DNA from: Macrostomum lignano
Taxonomy: Eukaryota
Assembly (NCBI GenBank): GCA_002269645.1
Contig: NIVC01000103.1
Span: forward strand, 434,001-498,000
Direction: 5' to 3'
Length of the DNA stretch: 64,000 bases
Shown: positions 54,801 to 64,000 of the stretch, one piece after another
Position numbering within the stretch: position 1 is the stretch's first letter
How the letters are laid out: every line of letters starts with the position of its first letter
The notes under the pieces: model-generated
Told to the model about the DNA's origin: nothing
Databases searched by the model: none
Seen by the model: only the letters and a program-made list of their open reading frames with translations
Program-made: the position numbers and the translations under genes

Positions 54801-57800
54801 TTGACACCGCGTTGACTCTGGCACAGGCTCAGGCCTTGGCTGCTGAATCAACGTCTGCGTGCGTATCGGAGAGATCTCCAAGGAGCTCCCGCTACTCGTC
54901 GTCAAGGGCTCCGGATCGAATCTGATCGGCCGGGACTGGCTGGCCGGCTTGCCGCTTGACTGGAGAAGCATCAACCAGGTGCAAAAAGACGGTGAGCACC
55001 CCAGAATCCGAGCCTTGCTGGAAAAGTATGCAGCTGTTTTCGAGCCCGGATTGGGTCAGTACAACGGTCCACCTGTGCAACTGCATTTGAAGCCTGATGC
55101 CCGGCCTCGCTTTTTCAAAGCTCGCAACGTTCCGTTTGCGCTCAAGGCTAAGGTGGAGGCTCAACTCAAAAAGGAGATTGAGCAGGGCGTGCTCAAGCCA
55201 GTCAGCAGCTCAGATTATGCATCGCCGATTGTTCCCGTTCTAAAGTCAGACGGCACCGTGCGCATCTGTGCCGACTTTAAGCAGACCGTCAACCTCGCCG
55301 TGGAGCCGGACAAGTACCCCTTGCCGCGAATCGAGGAACTTTTTGCAAAGCTGGCAGGCGGGAAAAAGTTCACTAAGCTCGACTTGTCGCAGGCTTACTC
55401 CCAGATGCCGCTCGATGAAGCTGCCCAGCAGATCTGCACTATAAACACTTCCAGAGGCCTGCTTCGCTATACCCGCCTCCCGTTTGGTGTCGCTCCGGCC
55501 GTTGGAATTTTCCAGCGCCACATGGACAGCCTGCTGCAGACCATTCCCCATGTGGCCTGCTTCATCGATGACCTGATTATCACCGGGGTTGACGACGAGA
55601 GCCATTTGCAATCGCTGGAACAGGTGCTGCAACGGCTGCACCAAAGTGGACTGCGCTGCGGCCTGAGCAAGTGTAACTTCATGCAGGACAGCGTCTGCTA
55701 TCTGGGTCATCGGATCGATGCCGCTGGCCTGCATCCCCTGCAAGACAAAGTGCGTGCCATCGTGGACGCTCCGGCACCGCAGGACGTGACCCAGCTACGC
55801 AGCTTCCTCGGAATGGTCAACTATTACAGCAAGTTCCTGCCGAACCTGTCAGCCGAGTTGGCCCCGCTGCACCGCTTGCTAAACCAAGGCGCCAACTGGT
55901 GCTGGGGCGCTTCGCAGGATGCCGCCTTTAAGAAGTGCAAGGCGCTGCTCGCCAAAGCGCCGGTCCTCGCGCATTTCGACGACACAAAGCCGTTGGTGCT
56001 GGAGTGCGATGCCTCTCCGTACGGCATCGGCGCCGTCATCAGTCATCGGGTTGACGGTTGCGATCGACCGATCGCTTTCGCTTCGCGTTCCCTGCGCGAA
56101 GCCGAAGGGACAAGCCGTTGCTAGGACTCCTGCATGAGTCTAAGCCAATTCCCGCCATGGCGTCCGGAAGGATTCAGAGGTGGGCGCTCATCCTGGCGGG
56201 CTACAGCTACTCGATGGAACACCGATCTGGCAAATCACTACTGCGTGCAGACGCACTGAGCCGACTGCCACTGCCTGAAAGACCGACGAAGGCCCCGACA
56301 CCTGCGGACGTTGTCCTGGTCATGGACATGGTGGGCGAAGGGCCAGTGACCGCCGGCGACATTCGAGCCTGGACCCGAACTGACCCGATCCTGTCAAAGG
56401 CACTGCGCTTCACGGAGGTCGGCAACTGGCCTGAGCGGACCGTGCCGGAGTTGCAGCCGTACAGATCCAGGGCCGACCAGCTGAGTACTCAAGACGGCTG
56501 CCTTCTCTGGGGAACTCGAGTCATCGTTCCAGAGGCAGGCCGGACAGCCCTTCTCCATTGTTTGCACCAAGGACACCAGGGCGCATCTAGAATGAAGGCG
56601 CTGGCCCGCAGCTTCTTCTGGTGGCCAAAGCTGGACGAGGCAATTGAGCAGCTCGCCGGCGCTTGTTCGGACTGCCAGGAGCTGCAGAAGTCACCGGGGC
56701 CTGCGCCGCTGCATCCCTGGGCCTGGCCTGACAGGCCGTGGTCGCGCCTTCATCTGGATTTTGCGGGTCCGATCGAAGGGAAAATGCTGCTGGTGATTGT
56801 CGACGCCCATTCCAAGTGGATGGAGGTACATGTGTTGGCGTCAGCAACTTCCACGGCAACCATCCAGCGGCTGCGGCAGAGCTTCGCTACACATGGGCTG
56901 CCGGACATCATCGTGACGGACAATGGGCGCAACCTGGTCAGCGATGAAATGGAAGATTTTCTGCAGCGGAACGGCATCCGGCACGTACGAACTGCCCCGT
57001 ACCACCCGGCGTCAAATGGCCAAGCGGAGCGCGCTGTCCAGACCCTGAAGAAGTCGCTCGCTAAGCAAAAAGACGGCTCACTAGAAGATCGAGTGGCGCG
57101 CTTCCTGCTTACCTACCGTGTGACGCCCCATGCGACGACCGGCGCGCCACCTTGCAAATTGCTGATGGGGAGGCGGCTGCACACACTGCTCGATCGAGTT
57201 CGGCCTGACCTACAGGCCAGGGTGGCGCTCCAACAAGCAATGCAGAAGCAACAACACGACGCCCATGCCCATGACCGCCGCATCGAGATGGGCGACGCAG
57301 TCGTCGCGAGGGACTTCGCTGCTGACGGCAGGTGGAAGCCTGCTGTTGTGACCAACTGCTCTGGGGCTGCGTCTTTCTCTTGCCAGTTCGACGATGGTCG
57401 AGAAGTCCGTCGGCACATCGATCAAGTGCGCAAGCCGCCGGAGCCTCCGGCGCCTTCCGAAGCCGAGCAACCGCCATGTGTCGAGGTGCCTGACGATCAA
57501 CCAGAGGCTCCTGCAGAGACGCCTGGCCAGGCACCAGAGTTGAGCTCTGAGGCGCTACTTCGACGTTCGACCAGGGCGAGAGCCGAACCTGACCGGCTGC
57601 GCTACGAGTGACTCTGAACTGTTCTTCTATGGACTGTGAACTGATTTGCGTCTTTTATTCCCGTTTTAATCCAACGCTTAATCTTCGTGGGGAGGAGTGT
57701 GGTGACTTGGCTGGGTTGATTTTTGTTAGTGATGTTAGCTTGTACTTTATTCAGTGTTTGGGGGTGGTGTTTTTACCTGTTTCGCTCTGTGCGCCTTTCT

Positions 57801-60800
57801 ACAATATCTTGATGTACTCTCTTACTCATGTACGTTCTTCAATCTGGCTACTTTTGTTCTCCACCCCTAAGCCTTATCCACTAAACGTATCGTGCTCAAT
57901 ACTTACAATAAAAATCGCAGTGGCTTGCCTCGTATCAAGCTTATATCGTTCTACAATCTAAAGTGAAGTCTTTACACTTCCCAACATTGAAGTTACACTA
58001 TTTAGAAAGACATCCAAGGATTATTCAGGTGTTCAACTTAATTAGAGATCAAATGTGATTTCTTTGATACAAATTTTCGGCAAGTTGAAAATTCGCCCCA
58101 TTGGGCAGGAATCGAAAAACTCCGGCCCGAGGGTTACATGCGGCTCGGTCCGCAAAGCCTCTCCATCCTTTGAAACTGCACAATATCCGGCCCGCTCGAG
58201 GTTTGTGTCTCTTCACAGCTCCCTTCTCCCCTCTTCTCTTCTCTCCCTCCTCTTCTCTCCCTTCTCCTGTCCCTTTTCTTAGTTTACGGGTCGGCAAACC
58301 TTTTACCCTCAAAGGCCAGATAAATAATCCAGCTCATACGAGCTGCATGAGAGTGGAAAAGAGAGAGAATAGAAGACGAGAAGATGAAGAGATAGAAGAG
58401 AGGAGAGACGACGAGGGATAGGATGAGAAAAAAGATAGAAGACAAGAGGAGAGAAGAGGAGAGAGGAGAGGGGAAGAGGGACAAGGGGGAGGAGAGTGGA
58501 AGGAGGGAGAATTGAGAATCAAGGAGAGAGAAGAGAGCTGAGAAGAGACTAGCCTTGAGCGGGCCGGATTGCTATTGTGAAGTTTCAAAGGACCCGAGGG
58601 CCGGATAGAGAGGCTTCGTGGGCCGCATGTGGCCTGCGGGCCGGAGGTTGCCGACTCCTGTCTTGGTGCTTGTTCCTTTTCTTCTGCGTCCTCTTTGATT
58701 TTCCCTCTTGCTTCTTTTCAACGTTGCGAAGCGACTGCGTGCACATCGACATGGATAATTGCTAGTACTTCATGTCACAAATCACCCCGTGAAAACTTAC
58801 TTGAACATTGTAGCGACGTACTCCTCAGTGGAGCTGTAGGCTCCAGTCACCAGTGCTGGCCGGAGACCCGTCAGCCAGACGTCAGCGGATGGCTCAACCG
58901 TCAGCTCCTCGCTGCTTGGCAGGATGCTGCAGGCAGTTTTTGAGGCGAATTCCTGACGACGCTGCAGCTCCACACTGATGGTCAGCATCTCCGACAGCAG
59001 CAGGCGATATCGGCGCTCCTGACGCTGGCTCAGAGGTACCGCTTCAGTTCCAAGGGCCTGCACCAGTGGCAACAGCTCCCGGTGAAGCACGGAGGCGTCT
59101 CTGGCGCACATCAGCCTGGCCAGGTCGCTGAACAGCTGGTGAGCAGCAGAAGCAGCTGGGTGGAAGAAAAAATATTGACTATTTTGACTCCAACTGAGAG
59201 AAGTTAAGGCTGAACAAAATTCATTCATTGATATTCTTGACAAAGTTTCGCACAGATGGACAATTTTAATTAGTCAAAATCCCTTAAAAGAGTTGGTAAT
59301 TTCATTAGATATGTTACTAAGAATGGGACTCACCTGTGTCATCTGGTAAAGCTTCAGTAGCGTCAGTTGCCTCGATCACACCATCATGCTGAGACTCCGG
59401 CTTCTCGGTGGTCGCTGGCTGCTCTTCTGTAGACATCGCTGCATCAATGTATAGGAACAGATTTAATGACGATTGCGTAAAAGTTTTTTTCCTGATTTTT
59501 ATTTACTCAGTTGTTACTGAACTATTTGCAACAGGGGTCGGCAAACTCCGGCCCGCAAAGCCTCTCTATCCAACCCTCGGGTCCTGTGGAAACTTCATTA
59601 GCAATCCCGTCAATTGTCTTTTCTCAGTTCTCTCTTTTTTCCACTCTTCTCTCTTCTCTATCCTCTCCTCTTCTTTCCTCCTCTCCTCTCTTCTCTCTCA
59701 TCGCAACTCTCATCTCGCCTCTCACATCTCCTCTCTTCTTTCATCTTTCCTCTCCTCTTTCCTTCTCTATTCCTTCTGCTTTCCTCACTCATCCGGCAAT
59801 GATCTAGACTCTTTATCTACATGTAGCCCCTGAGTTGAAAAGTTTGCAAATCTGTTTTCTTTATATGAGAATCTACCTGTATCATCTGCCGAAGCATCAG
59901 CAGTCTCAGCTGAAGCCTCAATCACATCATGCCGAGACATCAGCTCCGGCTCCTCGGTGGTCGCTGGTGATTCACTTGTTAAATCCATTGTCTCCGGCCG
60001 CGCCTCATTCGCGTCAGTTTTTGGGGCCTCTCCAGTTCTTCTAGTCATCGTAGCCGCCTCCAGCAGTGGTGTCATGAGCCGCTTCAGGCAGTCGGGCTGC
60101 ATCAGCTTGTCGATGACCCAGTCGAAAGTCGAGTCCCAGTCGCATCGGTGGAACCGACGGCAGCGGCGCTGCAACGTCAGCAGAAATCGACTAATGGCGC
60201 CGCTTAGCGCAGCACCGAAGTCGCTGCCGACAAAGTCGACCATCAGCAGCCGACCCCACACGACTTCCAGATTGCCGAGGTCATCGACGCTGGCGTTGCA
60301 GCCCGAGTCCTTCAGGTGGCGACGCGTTGCGTCAACGAATTTCAGCCACTCAGCTGGACTGCGCTGCGACAGACGGCACAGACGGATGCTGTCCATCTGG
60401 ATCCGGTATCCGTTTGCACTGTCGCCTTCGCTGCCTGCCTCGCCGTCGTCCAGACATTTCTGAAGACTGACCTGCAGCTGGTCCTGCACCTTCGGCTCAA
60501 GAGATCCGTAGCCGACTTCCCGCTTGACGAGATGTTTTTCACGCGTCACTGGAAATGCAACGCTCTCTGGTGGCTGGACGAGAACGAAAACCTCGCCAGA
60601 GCCTTCTGACGTCCACGCTGTGAGGACAGCCTCGGCGTTGCTGACGTCCACTCGCGAATACGGATTGACTTTGCAGCCTCTTTGAAAGTTACGACGGCCA
60701 AAAGGGAGAGAAATTCGATTTTGAGGCCGCTTAAAACGCGAGTTCGATTCCGATGGCAAGCCTGGCGGATGCGAGCTCCCGAACTGCGAGCTGCGACGGT

Positions 60801-62877
60801 CTGGTCTCAGATGGTGCGCGGATTTGCGTCCGCGGCGCGTCTGCAAGGTCGGTCGCTGCATCGAAAATTTTCTTGTCGCGGCACCGAGCTGCTGGAGTTG
60901 TCCGTGGCGCTGCTGGTTTGAGCTCGACTGCGATGGCATGGCAGTTGGCGAGTGCGGTACCTGTGGTGAGTCTGAGCCCGGTGGCAACAACGGGGAGCCT
61001 GACGGAGGCAACGGCGATAACAAATTTAACGGCTCGTCGGCTCGCGATGACCTACTCGGAGGAGTTACGAGTTGAGGGCCAAGACGATGCACCATGGATG
61101 GCGGTGTCGAGCTCCTAGTGGACTGGCACGGTGCATCTCCGTCGATTCGAAGTCGCTTGCTCTGCGACGGCTGCAAACAGGGGAGAATTTGAAAGGTAAG
61201 GTCAAGAACCTGAACTTCTGTACGCTTTAGGCTGTAGTAAATTTTTAGGTACGATCGACTTATGGGTGCGGTATAAATTTGACGATTTTAGAGTGAAGTC
61301 CCATGTCGCTTAATAATAGTTGCAAGAGAGCTGTGAGCTGATCGTTCTGCAATCAGCACTGACGGCAATTCTCTGCCATTCCGCTGACACCTGGGCACAT
61401 TCTTTCTGATCGTCAGGCCAAGGACCACTATAGAAGTCCTAGCGCACGTTTGCCGTTGAGCTGCTCTGGCCCCAGCTCCATGGCTAGGGATTGCAAAATC
61501 CCGTTTTTTGCGATCCCAGGATCCCACGATTCAATCCCGGAATCAGAAAAATACTGATTTTAAAGCTTCTGGGTTGAAATTTTAAGCCCAAATATTCGCT
61601 AAACGATTTTTTTGCTTCCACTTTTGATTGCTATAGAGTTATTGATCTATTTGTATGAAAAACAGCATTATCATTGTGACGAAGTTCAAAATGGAAATAG
61701 CGCCGGAGGAAACCGGAAAGGCAGGAAGCCTGAACTCATCGATGACATTTTTAATTTGAATGCATATTATATTAATTCAACTGATCGTGTCATGTATCGT
61801 GTACAAAGTATGTATCGTGTACAAAGTATGTATCGTGTACAAAGTATGTATCGTGTACAAAGTATGTATCGTGTACAAAGTATGTATCGTGTACAAAGTA
61901 TGTATCGTGTACAAAGTATGTATCGTGTACAAAGTATGTATCGTGTACAAAGTATGTATCGTGTACAAAGTATGTATCGTGTACAAAGTATGTATCGTGT
62001 ACAAAGTATGTATCGTGTACAAAGTATGTATCGTGTACAAAGTATGTATCGTGTACAAAGTATGTATCGTGTACAAAGTATGTATCGTGTACAAAGTATG
62101 TATCGTGTACAAAGTATGTATCGTGTACAAAGTATGTATCGTGTACAAAGTATGTATCGTGTACAAAGTATGTATCGTGTACTGTATGTTTATCTGTCGA
62201 ATGTAGATAGTAGAGTAGAAAATTGTAAAAAGAAAAGTATTAAGTATTGAAGTTTCTAAAGCTCTAAATTGACCCTATTGAGACGATCTACTCTCACTCT
62301 CATACAGCATCAAATACTAGCAACTACCAACCAATACGAGCGTACCAAGTTTATCCATTAGGTGTTTTGAAAAGCGTAAACAAAAATTCTGACAGACGTT
62401 CATTTACAACACTTTTTGTAAAAAAAACAAAAAACTGGTCCCTGGATTTAGGACCCCAAACACCCAATTCCCGCTTGTCGCTGATGTCAAAAAATTAGAT
62501 CAGCCACAGTTGCAGTCAAACAGTCAAATGCAGGAGGTACCGTTCGTTTCCTGTAACCCTTTCCTCGTGACGCGGAGGGGGCCTAGACAAGTTGCTAGGG
62601 CTTGGTTTAGGACAATGAACCATATAAAATTCGAATTCCCACTAAACTTTACTGCTTTTATATCTGTGATGAATGCCTCCAACTACCCTCGGTACATTTC
62701 CATGGACACCTGGAAGCCCCTATACCTGGACTAAAATTGCATGTATTACTGGTTTAAGGGCCGAATTATTAGAGTCGCATTGTAGAATACTTGTAGATGT
62801 AGACGTCAACCATCAAAAAGGCTCACCGCTGCATGGCGCGCACTGAAGCCACCTCGATTTACTTTTCGCTTGCCCAT
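48887..62877 (-). CDS. ZNFX1-like: ZNFX1-like SF1 (Upf1-like) helicase with NFX1-type zinc fingers fused to two C-terminal PARP-type catalytic domains, ~2275 aa; exons 62877-62827, 61170-59877, 59438-59334, 59155-58801, 53909-48887
   Basis: All junctions are GT-AG and phase-consistent (total 6828 nt). ZNFX1 hallmarks: GAYSSTEEYVATMFNLLRAD, SRLMHGNLLCLS, LMLESPTMY..FQPVL, QGPPGTGKT, CYKNHALDEFL, IGMTVTGA, LEEAAEV, LIGDHKQLKP, SMMERL, QNRMRP, DLYQGDEND, GFL...NRRCVAQSRAR, then C-x3-LPCGH-xC zinc fingers; PARP motifs FHGT/GIYF occur twice. Confidence 0.92.
48900..49340 (-). other. PARP-like catalytic domain 2 (H-Y-M at the triad positions) within the ZNFX1-like CDS
   Basis: ITEVWVNRNPSLEAKF...LAFHGTS...AYGPGIYFSE...SEKY...LLLCKLLLG...YDS...RMLIIAHPDQIMPMYRI. 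Confidence 0.82.
49490..50040 (-). other. PARP-like catalytic domain 1 (H-Y-E triad) within the ZNFX1-like CDS
   Basis: VTRIEKIYNPLL...KFHGT...MYGAGIYFATDSSKS..Y...MLLLCSVIIG...FDSL...VLFDEYVVFDVRQALPKYIVHY. Confidence 0.88.
53205..53336 (-). repeat. 15-bp tandem repeat (about 8-9 copies, encoding DSDQL) in frame inside the helicase exon; may instead be a 132-nt intron
   Basis: GTGATCAGCTAGACA copies; bounded by AG|GTATTA and GACAG|T in the same phase. Confidence 0.85.
54055..57976 (+). mobile_element. Ty3/Gypsy (Mag-like) LTR retrotransposon, internally deleted, in the ZNFX1-like intron 4 (antisense to the host gene)
   Basis: 279-bp LTRs TG...CA (54055-54333, 57698-57976) with one mismatch seen; 5-bp TSD CTTCC; PBS TGGCGACGAG; PPT GGGGAGGAG; gag from ATG 54347, RT (FIDD), partial RNase H, integrase (HQGH..C..C, HLDFAGP, TDNG, GQAERAV). 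Confidence 0.97.
58286..58660. mobile_element. hAT-like MITE (ends ~CGGGTCGGCAAAC...GGTTGCCGACTCCTG), with inverted partial copies at ~58110-58270 and 59532-~59800
   Basis: CAGGGGTCGGCAA-type TIR and GGCCCG/CGGGCC subterminal motifs typical of hAT MITEs; purine/pyrimidine-rich core. Confidence 0.7.
61795..62180. repeat. Intronic 18-bp minisatellite (ATGTATCGTGTACAAAGT)
   Basis: Perfect tandem copies in ZNFX1-like intron 1. Confidence 0.98.
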
Positions 62878-63424
62878 GCACTCTGTCGGCGACTTGACAG
62901 CTGCTTGTGTCGTCAGTTAGTTGGATTTAAGGCGAAACAAACCGAAAAGAAAACTCATTTTATACGCGCATCGCATTGAAACTGAGAATTAAGTCTTACT
63001 GTGTGTACAGCAGGCAGGGGAGCAATGTACGCGGTCACCGCAGTACAAGTGTCTAAATATAGTTCCACTTGCCCGGTGTGCGCCAGACGAATTTCCAGTA
63101 AATTTTTCGTCTAAGAACAGGATGCCAAACAAAAAAAAGACACCATTTCAAATTTCACATTAGTTCAATCATTATCAAAGTTCGCCTGGCCAATCTGCGT
63201 CAGTCAAAATATAGTTAGCCATAGTTCTGATATTATCGAGCATTACGAGATAAGCCTTATAGCTGATAGGCTCAGAAGTGCTACTGCACTCAACTGACTG
63301 ACTCAAGGCTCAAGCCCGTTCCATAAACTTGTTCTGGATTGTTCCATGGCTGCACTATTTTGGCATAACAGGATAGCAGTCAAGTACGAGTAGCACACGC
63401 ACTTTTAAAAATCAAATTCGACCG

Positions 63425-64000
63425 CAAGTCCATGGACACCTGAAAGCCCCCAAATCTGAACTAGAATTATTAGGGCCACAACTCCATGGATACCTGAAAG
63501 GCTTTCAATCTGGACTGGAATTATTAGGGCCACAAGTCCATGGACACCTGAAAAGCACCCAGTCTGGACTGGAATTATTAGGGTCACAAGTCCATGGACA
63601 CCTGAAGGCCCCCTTTGTCTGGACTGGAATTATTAGGGTCACAAGTCCAGACACCTGAAGGCCCCCTTTGTCTGGACTGGAATTATTAGGGTCACAAGTC
63701 CAGACACCTGAAGGCCCCCTTTGTCTGGACTGGAATTATTAGGGTCACAAGTCCAGACACCTGAAGGCCCCCTTTGTCTGGACTGGAATTATTAGGGTCA
63801 CAAGTCCAGACACCTGAAGGCCCCCTTTGTCTGGACTGGAATTATCAGGGTCACAAGTCCAGACACCTGAAGGCCCCCTTTGTCTGGACTGGAATTATCA
63901 GGGTCACAAGTCCAGACACCTGAAGGCCCCCTTTGTCTGGACTGGAATTATTAGGGTCACAAGTCCATGGACACCTGAAGGCCGCCTTTGTCTGGACTGG
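63425..64000. repeat. Minisatellite, ~53-56-bp unit, running off the right edge
   Basis: GACACCTGAAGGCCCCCTTTGTCTGGACTGGAATTATTAGGGTCACAAGTCCA copies. Confidence 0.95.

Noticed and set aside
61288-61527. Candidate first exon for the ZNFX1-like gene near 61400-61480
   Set aside because: The local ATG frame stops or gives the wrong phase; 62877-62827 gives a clean phase-0 GTGAG donor
61612-62250. MYRVQS repeat ORF
   Set aside because: 18-bp minisatellite in ZNFX1-like intron 1

Overview
Eukaryotic (animal) genomic DNA with GC-rich exons, many introns filled with minisatellites and an AT-rich TE island; the style suggests a flatworm such as Macrostomum (inference only). I assembled eight spliced genes by checking splice phases by hand: an ionotropic glutamate receptor-like gene (-, runs off the left edge), a SAXO/FAM154-like ciliary gene (+), an orphan MGNC/acidic-tail gene (-), eIF2B beta (+), SLC30A9/ZnT9 (+), an orphan multi-exon Q/P-rich gene (+), a tandem DUF1330-like gene (-), and a ~2275-aa ZNFX1-like SF1 helicase/NFX1-zinc-finger gene (-). 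The standout is the ZNFX1-like protein, whose C-terminus carries two tandem PARP-type ADP-ribosyltransferase domains (one H-Y-E, one H-Y-M) where vertebrate ZNFX1 has its RZ-type E3 module: a candidate RNA-sensing, ADP-ribosylating defence protein. Its long intron holds a very young but internally deleted Ty3/Gypsy (Mag-like) LTR element in antisense. At 17-24 kb lies a nest of an RTE-like LINE, long-TIR MITEs and a full-length degenerate mariner.
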